Positions 24,830 through 36,974 of a DNA stretch of 64,000 nucleotides are shown here, one piece after another. The position numbers and the translations under genes were made by a program. The stretch is from Somniosus microcephalus (taxonomy: Eukaryota), in NCBI GenBank assembly GCA_052327205.1, contig CM126208.1:207576001-207640000 (forward strand), read 5' to 3'. Below the pieces are notes generated by a model, which made no database searches, had not been told where the DNA came from, and saw nothing but the letters and a program-made list of their open reading frames with translations. The number at the start of each line of letters is the position of its first letter. The first letter of the stretch is position 1.

Positions 24830-26020
24830 TTCATTTCAGCATTGTGGCCAAGAGGACGCTATGATGTTCCGTGACACAGGGATGCTAAGGTGGGAAAGTG
24901 CTGAGCAACGGAGATCTGGGGTTTCATTCAGGGGAAGCGGACAGCCCATCCAGAACGGGATTATGCAGGCTGCTCCCTCCCTTACTCCTCCTCCTCCTGG
25001 GATGGTCGTGGAACCCATGGTGGCAAGGGCTGTGTCCTCATGATGGCCAAGTTATGGAGGATGCAGCAGGCCACCATGAATTTGGACACCCGCTCAGGCG
25101 ATTACTGGAGAGCGTCTTCCAAGTGGTCAAGGCAGTAGAACCGTTGCTTGAGTACCCCGATGGTCTGCTCGATGATGTTCCAGCATGGCTGTCATTATGA
25201 GAGTTGGCCATGAGTGGTGGGGTTCCGGAGGGGAGTCAGCAGCCTGGTGTAGTGCGGATAGCCCTTATTGCCTAGCAGCTACCCTTGGGTTCGATGTGGT
25301 GCCTGGAAGATTGCTGGCGCAGCGGACTAGTGCAGGATGAAGGCATCGTGATTGTTGCCAGGATAGCAGGCACTCACCATCATGAGGTGCTGGGCGTGGT
25401 TGCACAACAACTGCACATTAAGTGAGTGAAACCCTTTACGGTTATAGAACATCTCAGCATTGTTATGCGGCGCCCGCAAAGCCACGTGTGTGTAGTCGCT
25501 AGCGCCCTGCACCATGGGGAAGCCCGATATCCTGGCAGTGTCACATGCACACTCCTCCTGCTTGTCTCTGTTCAGAGAGAAGACAATGAAATCCCCTCTC
25601 CTGGAGTACAGAGCCTCTGTGACCTCCCGGGTGCAGTGATGGATGGCGAATTACAAGATGTTTGCTATGTCGCCTGTTCCAGCCTGGAAGGATCCGATGG
25701 CGAAAAAATTCAGGTCCACAGTGACCTCGAGGGCCACTGGCAGCACTGTCATCTCCCTGCTCTGAGGCTGCAGGTCTGGTTCCAGGAGGTGGCAGAGTTC
25801 TGTGACCACCTCCTTGGTGAAGCGGAGCTGCCGAACACACTGCTCCTGGCTTTGGTGTAGGTAGGAGAAGATCTCCCTGAATACCCTAGATGGGTAAGGC
25901 CTCCTGCTGCGAGCCCTCCTACTCCTCCTCCCTCTGCGAGCAGCTTGTCTTTGCTGCCTCTGCTCCATCTCCCTGTCAAGCTGCTGCGTGAGGGGGACTG
26001 CAACTGAGCCCCCATGACTG
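24830..26020 (-). pseudogene. Harbinger (HARBI1-like) DDE transposase, frameshifted
   Basis: RPYPSRVFR, LRFTKEVVTELCHLL, NFFAIGSFQ, QGASDYTHV (cf. GAIDCTHV), NRKGFHSLNVQL, YPGNNHDAFIL, LGNKGY. Confidence 0.9.
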
Positions 26021-26611
26021 GGAGCAAGTGATGTAGTCAGGGGCCTTCCAGTAACAGCCAACGCCTTCCCAACGTCCAGCAGCACTCCCTGTGCACTTTT
26101 AACAACTTTATAAATCTCTTCCAGCAAACCAGTACTCCTACAAATGCTGCAAGAGCCAACAAGAGCAATAATCAACTTACCTGCAAGCTGGATGTATCCT
26201 TTTAAATAGTGCTGGTGGAGGGGGTCCCTTGTGCAGCTGAACGCACGTTCAGCTGTGCGTGCTTAGGAGAGGGCGTTGTATGGAGCGGCGACGGCGAAAC
26301 ATCAGGTCGTGCATCAAATCAGCGTTACACCCTGACTGATGTCGTGATCTGCCTCCTCTGCTTACTGCCGGCGCGCACACGTTCCTCCTGTGCTATCGCC
26401 CTCGCCAAGATGGCGAACAGCAAGGGCTGTGCCCGAAGTGGGCGGATGCCTTTAAAAACGGCTTGAATTTCGCTGCTTCAGACTTTAATCTGAGCATTAT
26501 GGGAAACTGTGAGGTTATCGTACTTCAATCTGTTGATCAGATTTCTGTGCTTTTTTTTCTTCCATATACGTGTTGACTTATTACCACAATATTTCTGTTG
26601 AGATATGTATA

Positions 26612-27470
26612 CATCATAGAATCATAGAATGGTACAGCACAGAAGGAGGCCATTTGTCAAATTGTGCCTGTGCTGGTTCTTTTGAAAAAACTATCCAGTT
26701 AGTCCCACTCGTCTGCCCTTTATAGCTATGCTAATTTTTCCCCTGCAAGTATTTATCAAAGTCCCTTTGAAAGTTCTTATTGAATCTGCTTCCAACACCC
26801 TTTCAGGTAGAGCATTCCAGATCATAACAACTCACTGTGTAAAAAAAATTCTCAACTCGCATTTGGTTGTTTTGCTAATTCCCTTAAATCTGTCCTCTGG
26901 TTACCAATCCTTCTACCACTGGAAACTCTTTCTCCTTATTTATTCTATCAAAACTCTTCATGATTTTGAACACCTCTATTAAATCTCCCCTGAACCTTTT
27001 CTGCTCTGAGAACAACCCCAGCTTCTCCAGTCTCTCCACATAACTGTATTCCCTCATCCCTGGAACTACTCTGGTAAATTTCCTCTGTACCCACTCCAAG
27101 GCCTTGACACCCTAAAGCCCAGAATTGAACACAATACTCCAGCTGAGGCCTAACCTGCGATTTAGAGGTTTAGCATAACTTCCTTGCTTTTGTATTGTAT
27201 TTAATATTTATAAAGCCAAGGATTTTGTATGCTTTTTTAATGGCTTTATCTACTTCTCCCGCCACCTTCAAAGATGTACCACCCCCAGGTCCTTCTGTTC
27301 CTAAACCCCCTTTAAAAGTGTACCATTTAATTTATTCTTCCTTCCAAAATGCATCATTTCACACACTAAATTTTATCTGCCATGTGTCTGCCCATTTCAC
27401 CAGTCTGTCTTTGTCTTCCTGAAGTCTGTTACTATCCTCCTCGCTGTTTACTACATTTCCGAGTTTCAAA
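26612..27470 (-). mobile_element. Degenerate CR1 3' fragment
   Basis: (CATAGAAT) tail at 26613-26630; VQRKFTRVVPG and RGDLIEVFKIMK remnants. Confidence 0.8.
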
Positions 27471-27624
27471 TACATGAATTTATATATTTATTACACCGTT
27501 TCAACAGTAATGGCACTGTTTTACTTTGAGTATCTGACATTGTACTGTCCCAATAAATGTAAAATTCCCTCAGTGAAGTTAACTCTAGTCTCAGAGGATC
27601 ACTCCCTACTGTACCCTACTGTCT

Positions 27625-28662
27625 TCTTCCGAGTGGCAGGCAGTGACTAGTGGGGTACCGCAGGGATCGGTGCTAGGACCCCAGCTATTCACAATATATA
27701 TAAATGATCTAGACAAGGGAACTAGATGTAATATCTCCAAGTTTGCAGACGACACAAAGCTGGGTGGGCATGTGTGCTGTGAGGAGGATGCAGAGAAACT
27801 CCAGTACGATTTGGACAGGTTGGGTGATTGGGCAGATGCATGGCAAATGCAGTATAATGTGGATAAATGTAAGGTTATCCACTTCGGTGGCAAAAACAGG
27901 AAGACAAATTATTATCTGAACGGCAATAGATTGGGAAAAGGGGAAGTGCAACGAGACCTGGGTGTCCTTGTGCACCAGTCGCTGAAGGTAAGCATGCAGG
28001 TGCAGCAGGCGGTTAAGAAAGCAAATGGTATGTTGGCCTTCATAGCGAGAGGATTCGAGTACAGGAGCAAGGATGTCTTGCTGCAGTTGTACAGGGCCTT
28101 GGTGAGACCACACCTTGAGTATTGTGTGCAGTTTTGGTCACCTTATCTGAGGAAGGATGTTCTTGCCATGGCGAGAGTACAGCGAAGATTCACCAGACTG
28201 ATACCTGGGATGGCAGGAATGACGTATGAGGAGAGATTGGGTCGATTAGGCTTATATTCGCTCGAGTTTAGAAGAATGAGAGAGGATCTCATTGAAACTT
28301 ACAAAATTCTAACAGGACTAGACAGACTAGATGCAGGAAGGATGTTCCCGATGGCGGGGGAGTCCAGAACCAGGGGTCACAGTCTAAGGATAAGGGGTAT
28401 GCCATTTAGGACTGAGAGGAGGAGGAATTTCTTCACCCAGAGAGTGGTGAACCTGTGGAATTCTCTGCCACACAGGGCAGTTGAGGCCAATTCATTAAAT
28501 ATATTCAAGAAGGAGTTGGATATATTTCTTGAGGCTAAAGGGATCAAGGGATATGGGGAGAAAGCAGGGACAGGGTACTGAATTTGGATGATCAGCCATG
28601 ATCTCATTAAATGGCGGAGCGGGCTCGAGGGGCCGAATGGCCTACTCCTGCTCCTATCTTCT
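27625..28662 (+). mobile_element. Young 5'-truncated CR1: RT C-terminal half and 3' UTR
   Basis: Open ORF 27643-28581 (SGVPQGSVLGP, FADD, ..GYGEKAGTGY*); 3' UTR ends ctcctatcttcta. Confidence 0.93.
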
Positions 28663-29375
28663 ACGCTTCTCTAATTTCCCATTGAATGCCATCCCCGACC
28701 TCCGCATTACTGTTTGGAGGTCTATATACCACTCCCACTAACGTTTTCTGCCCCTTGGTATTTCTCGGTTCTACCCATACAGATTCCACATCATCAGAGC
28801 TAATATCCTTCCTTTCAATTGTGTTAATCCCCTCTTTAACCAGCAATGCTACCCCACCTCCTTTTCCTTTTTGCCTATCTTTCCTGAATATTGAATACCC
28901 CTGGATGTTGAGTTCCCAACCTTGGCCACCCTGGAGCCATGTTTCTGTAATCCCAATCAAATCATATTCATTTACCTCTATTTGCGCAGCTAATTCATCC
29001 ACCTTATTATGAATGCTCCTTGCATTAAGACACAAAGCCTTCAAGCTTTTTTTTTAACACTCTTAGATCTTTTAGAATTATTATTTACTGTGGCCATGTT
29101 TGATTTAAACCCTTGATTTCTCTGCCTACCACTTTTGTTTTTCTCCTTCCTCGTTTCCCTTTCCTCTGTCTCCCCGCTCAGGTTCCCAACCCCCTGCCAT
29201 TTTAGTTTAAACCCTCCCCCAGAGCATTAGCAAACACTTCCCCTAGGACATTGGTCCCGGCACTGCCCAGCTGCAAACCATCCGTTTTGTACTGGTCCCA
29301 CTTCCCCCAGAACCGGTTCCAATGTCCCAGGAATTTGAATCCCTCCCCCTTGCACCATTCCTCTAGCCACATACG
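28663..29375 (-). mobile_element. CR1 fragment covering the ORF1 end and ORF2 endonuclease start
   Basis: LNARSIHNKVDEL..GITETWL..GVVYRPP (28661-29044); ORF1 end ..GEGLN* at ~29203-29220(-). Confidence 0.88.
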
Positions 29376-29844
29376 GCCGATCGTGCATGTGACAGATCTT
29401 GGAAGAGCTCTCTAATTCATCCCACTCTCCTGTGAGTGTGGAAATCTCCCTGTGTCCTTGGCCAACGTTGCTCTCAGCCAATATTACAAAAAAAATAACT
29501 GGTCATATATCTCATTGTTGTTGGTACAGAATGGCGCATACTTTATCTCTAGGTTTGAATGTCTCTCTAGTGTCTGAAGGACTGAAATTGGACACAGTAC
29601 TCAAGGTGCAGTCTATTCAGAGCACTGTGCGGTTCAAGCATGGCATCCTCCAGCTTGTCTTAATTAATATCGCTTGAAGTAATATTGCTTAAAGTTGCAC
29701 ATATTATCTCTCCTGCGATTTTCTCCCATTATTGCCACTTGTTGCTTAAGTATGTCATGAACCCTCTCTTTTGGTGATGGGAAGAAAGAGAATTTGAAAA
29801 TCTGGATGAATGAGATAAGATCGTGTTGAAAAAGACAGAAGACG

Positions 29845-30952
29845 TTCGACAAAGTGCCACATAATAGGCTTGCCAGCAAAGTTGAAGCCCATGGAATAAA
29901 AGGGACAGTGGCAGTATGGATACGAAATTGGCTAAGTGACAGGAAACAGAGAGTAGTGGTGAACGGTTGTTTTTCGGACTGGAGGAAGGTATACAGTGGT
30001 GTTCCCCAGGGGTCAGTTCTAGGTCCTTTTCGTGATATATATTAATTACTTGAACGTGCGTATACAGGGCACAATGTAAAAATTTGCAGATGACACAAAA
30101 CTTGGAAGTATAGTGAACAGTGAGGAGGAGAGTGATAGACTTCAGGAAGACATAGACAGGCTGGTGAAATAGGCAGACTCATGGCAGATGAAATTTAACA
30201 CGGAAAAGTGCGAAGTGATGCATTTTGGTCGAAAGAATGACGAGAGGACATATAAACTAAATGGTACAATCCTAAAGGGGGTGCACGAACAGAGAGACCT
30301 AGGGTTATGTGTGCACAAATCGTTGAAGGTGGCAGGGCAGGTTGAGAAAACAGTTAAAAAAGCTTACGGGATCCTGGGCTTCATAATTTTTTGTACTCTA
30401 TACCTCTATTTATGATGAATTTGTATAAAACACGGGGAAAGGCCCCAACTGGAGTAGTGTGTCCAATTCTGGGCACCACACTTTAGGAAGGATGTGAAGA
30501 CCTTAGAGAAGGTGCAGAAAAGATTTACGATCATGATTCCAGGGATGAGGAACTTCAGTTATGTTGATAGACTGGAGAAGCTGGGGTTGTTCTCCTTGGA
30601 GCAGAGAAGATAGAGGAAATTTGATAGAGGTGTTCAAAATCATGAGGGGTCTGGACAGAGTAGATAGAGAGAAACTGCTCCCATTGGCAGTCCCATTGGA
30701 GGACATAGATTTAAGGTGATTGGCAAAAGAACCAAAGGCGACATAAGTGTGCTTAGGATCTGGAATGCACTGCCTGAAAGGGTGGTGGAGGCAGACTCGA
30801 TCGCTGCTTTTAAAAGGGAGTTGGATAAGTATCTGAAGGAAACAAAATTGCAGGGCTATGGGGAAGGGCAGGGGAGTGAGACTAGCTGAGAGTCAGCACG
30901 GGCTCGATGGGCCGAATGGCCGCCTTCGTGCTGTAACCATTCTATGATTCTA
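29845..30952 (+). mobile_element. CR1 RT/3' fragment, decayed
   Basis: FDKVPHNRL, GVPQGSVLGP, KFNTEKCEVMHFG; tail ccattctatgattcta. Confidence 0.87.
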
Positions 30953-31169
30953 AACATTTTATTACAGAATCTTCATATCTAATAGCTGCATGATTTCCAT
31001 GAGACTATGGTCCTGATTTTCACATATTAAACACCTCCTGATTGAGGTTTCCCCTCACTGCAGCACTATTTCCCAACTTAGCAGTTAGAGGAGGCCAGCT
31101 CCCAGACTTCTACCTATGCTACTCTTGACTGATTTGTTAATTTAATGTTACTTCCATTTATATGGTGAT

Positions 31170-31575
31170 TTACAACACTGAAATGTCTCAAAGCACCTCA
31201 TACAATAACAAATTACTTTTGACTGTAGTGACTGCTATGTAGGGAAATCCAATAGCCATTCTGTACCAACAACAATGAGATATATGACCAGTTATTTTTT
31301 TTGTAATATTGGCTGAGAGCAACGTTGGCCAAGGACACAGGGAGATTTCCCTGCTCTTATGTGAATAGCACTGTGGGATCTTTGTCCACCTGAACAGGCA
31401 GATGGAACTTTGGTTTAACATCTTGTCCAAAGAATGGCACCACCAATAAAGCAACAGCATCATCAGTGATACATTGGAGTGCCAGCCGACATTTATGTGC
31501 TCTGATTCCAGTGTGTGGTTCAAACTCTCAACTTCCTGACCCAGAGACAAGAGTGCTACAAACTGAGGCAACTTG
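31170..31575 (-). mobile_element. SacSINE/Deu-SINE-like element, diverged
   Basis: Reverse-complement similarity to 63179-63630 (tRNA head, Deu-like core, tail). Confidence 0.72.
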
Positions 31576-31710
31576 ACATTTCAGTGACTCATTATGAACA
31601 AACACACAGGAACAATGCAGGAAAGAGTCTCTTACTCTTATTTGTAGTAACACAAAAAGACAGTGCAAACTAAGAGATTTAAAGATATGTGTCTTTCTTT
31701 TTCATTGCAG

Positions 31711-31895
31711 GGAGCAGTCAGTGGCGTACTTCTAGTGACCCCCAACAACATCATGTTTGACCCTCACAAGCATGATCCTTTAATAAAAGAACGTGGCTGC
31801 GAGGAATATGGCATCATGTGTCCCATGGAGGAGGTCCTTTCAGCAGCCATGTACAGGGACATTTTGGACAGTAAAATCAAAGAATCTTTGCCTCC
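31711..31895 (+). CDS. OXR1: Oxidation resistance protein 1, internal coding exon (GRAM-like region)
   Basis: GAVSGVLLVTPNNIMFDPHKHDPLIKERGCEEYGIMCPMEEVLSAAMYRDILDSKIKESLP matches vertebrate OXR1 as I recall it. Acceptor ttcattgcag|, donor cc|gtaaga; 185 nt, phase 0 to 2. Confidence 0.95.
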
Positions 31896-33304
31896 GTAAG
31901 ATCCAATACTTACTATCTGCTAACAGTTATCAATGCAACAATAAGCAGCTCCATTTGCAGTGAGCCAAGATATATTGACGGTCATGGGAAAGATGACTAA
32001 CTAAAATCCCCTATTCTTTGCCAATAGCACTTCCTAGCCCACTGGAAAAATACTGGAGTGGCTGTTTAGAGCTTCTGCTTATTATTTGCACAGTCGCTGA
32101 CTGAAATACCAGAAGCTTCTTTTGGAAGCCTAACTTTTGCTCAGAATGTATGATAAGTGATTGATTTTTATAAGACAGTATCTGGATGTCCAGAGTTGTG
32201 AATCCGATGGGGCCTGTATTACACATTTATAATGAGCAGTGAGGTACCCAGATTCAAGTTACTGTGAGTTAAACATCATTACAAAATAATAATAATAATG
32301 AATTGTATTAAAGATAGTTGTACACTGTAGTTGAAGTCACTTAAACTGATTGATTTATTCCGTTTATGCTGCATCATATTTAGGTTTATTTTATTGACCT
32401 GTTCACTCCCTAAGATTTTCATTGTAGAATCAGCTGCCACAGTGGAGTTTATCCAAGCGTGCATTTGGTATATCACTACAGTAACTTGTATGTTTATCTT
32501 TTTAAAAACAAAACAAATTTGTAAACTTGCTTGAAAATGCCAGCAGAAAGTGTTCTAATACCATTTGTTAACAAAATGTTAGTTAGGTAAACTCTTCTTA
32601 AATTGTGCAATGACATATGTTGGATCTCAATAATAATCATGGGGGATTTCAACTACCCTGATATTAATCGGACAGAAGAGGTAGGTAAAGGGGATAAGGG
32701 AATGGAGTTCCTACAATGCGTACAGGACTCCTTTCTAACCCAATATGTAAAAAAGGAGGATTCGGTATTAGATCTAATAATGGGGAATGAACCAGAGCAG
32801 ATAAGAGAAGTAAAGGTAGGGGAACATCTGGACAATAGTGACCATAATATAATATGTTTAAAAATAATAATTGAGAAGGAAATAAGTATGACGAAGACCA
32901 GGGTAATAGATTGGAGAAAAGCTGATTTTTGAGGGGCTGAGAATAGAACTTGGGAAAAAAAAATGGACAACAATATTGGCAAACAATGAACAGCAATGGG
33001 AAACATTTAAAACTGCATTCAACAGAGTCCAGGAAAAATATATTCCACTAAAAAACAAGAACAAGCTAAACACTAATGAGACACCATGGATGAATAAAGC
33101 CATAAGGGAAAAATTGAGGGTAAGGAAAGAGGCATACATTAAGTACATGGACAGCAGGGGAGAGCATGAAGAGGGAAAATACAAAGAGATTAGGAAAGAA
33201 GTCAAAAAAAATTAGGAAAGCAAAGAGGAACCACAAAATTAAATTATCAAGAAACATAAAACAAAACAGTAAAATATTTTACAGGCACATCAATAAAAAA
33301 GGAA

Positions 33305-33440
33305 TATAAAAGCAAGATACTGTGGATGCTGAAAATCCAAAATAAAAACAGAAAATGCTGAAAATACTCAGCAGGTCAGGCAGCATCCGCAGAGAGAGAA
33401 ACAGAGTCAATGTTTCAGGTTGATGACCCTTCGTCTGACA
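33305..33440. mobile_element. Penelope-like element terminal fragment
   Basis: aagcaagatactgtggatgctg..aaatgctg..actcagcaggtcaggcagcatcc matches the end of the Penelope at 44310-44430. Confidence 0.7.
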
Positions 33441-33795
33441 TACAAGATTATGACTGGTTTGGATAGGCTAGACGGGGAAAGGCTATTCCCACTAGTTGAT
33501 GGTACAAGGATAAGGGGACACAGATTTAAGGTTTTGGGCAAGAGATATAGGGGGGACGTGAGGAAAACTTTTTTACGCGGTGAGTGGTGAGGACCTGGAA
33601 CTCGCTGCCGACGGAAGTGGTGGAAGCGGAGACACTCAATGTTTTCAAGGGGAGACTGGATAGGCACTTGAGGGAAATAAACTTGCAGGGCTACGGGGAT
33701 AGAGTGGGGGAATGGGGCTGACTGGATTGCTCTACAGAGAGCTGGCACGGACTCGATGGGCCGAATGGCTACCTTCTGTGCCGTTATGACTCTGA
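33441..33795 (+). mobile_element. Nested CR1 3' fragment
   Basis: YKIMTGLDRLD.., WNSLP, 3' UTR ending ttatgactct. Confidence 0.8.
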
Positions 33796-35644
33796 CATAT
33801 TTAATAATTCATTAGAAAAAGGTGTAGTGCCAGGGGACTGGCGGATAGCTAACATAAAACTTATATTTAAGAAGGGAGATAGAACATGTCCAAGAAGCTA
33901 TAGACCAGTCAGCTTAACATCAGTGGTAGGAAAAATAATGGAATCCCTATTAAAGGAGAAAATAGGAGAACATCTAGAAGCCAAAAATAATAATATGATT
34001 TCAAAAGGTAAAGTCTTGCTTGACCAATCTCATTGAATTTTTTGAAGAGGTAACAGAGAGAATAGACGAGGGTAATGCAGTAGATGTAATTTATCTAGAT
34101 TTTCAAAAGGCCTTCGATAAGGTACCACATAATAGACCAATGATTAAGGTCAGAGAATGCGTAGTCAGGGGACAAGTAGCAGAATGGATTGCTGGCTGGC
34201 TTCAAGACAGAAAGCAGAGAGTAGGAGTAAAGGGTAGCTATTCACAGTGGTAGAAGGTGGATCGTGATGTTCCACAAGGATTAGTGCTGGGACCACTGTT
34301 GTTCACAATTTATATTAACAATTTAGACTTTGCAATCAAAAACACAATTTATAAATTTGAGGATGACACCAAATTGGCAGGGATAGCTAATACTGAGGAG
34401 GACTGCAATAAATTACAGGAAGACATTAATAAACTTGCAGAATGGGCATATAATTGGCAAATGAAATTCAACACCGATAAATGTGAGGTATTACATTTTG
34501 GTAGGAAGAATAGAGCGGTCATATTACTTGGAGGGTGCGAGTCTTGGTGGGGTAGAGGAGCAAAGGGAGCTCGGAGTACAAATACACAAATCACTAAAAG
34601 TAGCGACACAGGTTAACAAGGTCATTAAAAAAAAAAGCAAACCAAGCACTAGGGTTTAGTCCTAGAGGGATAGAATTGAAAAGTAGTGAAGTTATGCTAA
34701 ATTTGTACCACACCTTGGTTAGCCCACACTTAGAGTACTGCATACAATTCTGGTCGCCATATTAGATATAGAGGTACTGGAGAGGGTGCAGAGATTTACA
34801 AGGATGATACCAGAAATGTGAGGGTACACCTATCAGGAAAGGATAAACAGGCTGGATCTCTTTTCTCTTGAAAAAAGAAGGCTGAGGGGTGACCTAATTG
34901 AGGTCTTTAAAATTATGAAAGCTTTTGATTGAGTGGATACAGAGGATGTGATTCCACTTGTTGGGAAGAGCATAACTAGAAGGCATCAATATAAGATAGT
35001 CACCAAGAAATCAAATAGGGAATTCAGAAGAAACTTCTTTACCCAGAGAGTGGTGAGAATGTGGAACTCGCTACCACAGGGAGTGGTTGAAGCGAATAGT
35101 ATAGATGTATTTAAGGGGAGGCTGGACAAGCATATGCGGGAGAAGGGAATAGAGGGTTATGCTGATAGATTTTAGATGAGGAAAGATGGGAGGAGGCTCG
35201 AGTGGAGCATAAATGCCAGCATGGACTGGTTGAGCCAAATGGCCTGTTTCTGTGCTGTATGTCCGATGTAGTCCAGCACTTTTTAATCTCCCATAACATC
35301 ATTTACAGGAATGCAAATTGGGTTTGTGGGACTTTGGTATACTTGTCCATCAGTTTAGTTAAACAGGAATGAAATGTTTTAAAAAGCCATGCAATTTTAA
35401 TAAAAGGAAGAGGGAACCTTCCTCTTGCTGCATAACAGATCACGGCCGAATCTTCTCGCTGTGCTCTACCCAGGCATTCCTTTATGTTCAAGCATAACAA
35501 GAGAAATATCTGTCCTGAAATCTTTCTCAAAGTATTTACATTGGGTCATGGGAGAATTGGACTGCTGGTTAAAACAGCTAAGTAAATGAAATCTTTATGT
35601 GCTTAAAAAAATCAATTTGAGTCTCTAAAAGACCTTGCAACTTT

Positions 35645-36075
35645 TACAATGATGATCTCCGAACTGGGAGCGTCCAACTCTCAGGAAAGACGGAACAGGC
35701 TGGGGCTCTTTACTCCAGAAAACTAAGAGGTGATTTCAAATTATGAAGGGGTTTGATAGGGCAGACGTAGAGAACATGTTTGTGGGGGAGTCCAAAACTA
35801 TGGGCCATAAATATAAGATAGTCATTAATTAATCCAATGAAGAATTCAGGAGAAATGTCTTTATCCAGAGTGGTGAGAATGTGGAATTCGCTACCACATA
35901 GAGTAGTTGAGGTGAATAGTATAGATGCATTTAAGGGGAAGCTAGATAAACACAGGAGAGTGAAAGGAATACAAGGAAATGGTTTTTGGAAGCAAAGTGG
36001 GAGGAGGCTGGTGTGGAGCATAAACACGGCATAGACATGTTGGGCCGAATGGGCTGTAAATTCTATGTAATACTG
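35645..36075 (+). mobile_element. CR1 3' fragment
   Basis: RVVRMWNSLPHRVVEVNSIDAFKGKLD. Confidence 0.8.
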
Positions 36076-36974
36076 TGCCATAATAAAGTCATGCTTCTAG
36101 CATGTGTTTGTCGCATTACACTAAGGTATCGCACCTCAAAAGCAATATGTGTCTTTAGGGCAAAAAATAGTGATTGGTTCATATAACCACCATCATCAAG
36201 TTCATCATATTGATTGGCACAAATCAAAAACTGGTTGCATTCACTCGACAGGTGGGACAAGGTACAAATCAGCAACAAATAATCATAACAAAATCAGCTA
36301 ATGAAAACACTCAATTGTTTTCAGAGTTATCGTTCACATACCAGGAAGTACCACAAAACTGATCAATCATATAGTTCAACATTTTGTCTTTAGGCAGCAA
36401 TGATACTTTTCAAGCTCTGACTATATATAGCTGGTTCTGCTTCATCTTATTTCTTTACAGCTCATTTTCCTGTGTTTTGTCCCCACTTTTCCTCACACTT
36501 TTTCAAGTCTAGTTCTGCTTTGTGTGTGTTTCTTTAATTGTTTCTGTTTCCCTTTCTCTTCCTCGCCCTATTGTGCTGTGTCGTTTTGCTTCCGAGCCCT
36601 TTTTTTAAGACCTGTTGTTCTCTGACTTTTATTCCCTCATGCACTTTTAACCTCTCTTTTTGCACCTTTTCTTTCCTGCAACCTTTCGTACTTTTTTCAA
36701 CACTCTCACCCCGTCTTTTTTCTTCAACACCATATTTGTTTCTGCAACTACCAGCCCAAAGTGTATCCCACTCCACACAATCTAACTCCTCACTACTCCA
36801 CTCCCTTACTACCGAATTACTTCCTCCCCCACCCCCCCGACCCTTCCCAAATATTCACTTGCGCTGGACCCACCGAGTACCAATGGATGGCATGGAATGG
36901 CATTCGGAAGCACCATTTATAGGGGCATCAGTACTCAGATCATTGGAATCTGTTTGCAGTTCAACTGGGTACAT

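Larger units (their letters stand above)
22404..26475. mobile_element. PIF/Harbinger DNA transposon, decayed two-gene element with convergent Myb/SANT (+) and transposase (-) genes
   Basis: See the two pseudogene features. Putative degenerate ends ggcctggatatt ... gaatttcgctgc; boundaries uncertain. Confidence 0.8.
32628..35270 (+). mobile_element. Decayed CR1 ORF2 (endonuclease to 3' UTR) with nested inserts at ~33305-33795
   Basis: MGDFNYP, SDHN, TPWMN, YRPVSLTS, DFQKAFD, NFFTQRVVRMWNSLP. Confidence 0.87.
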
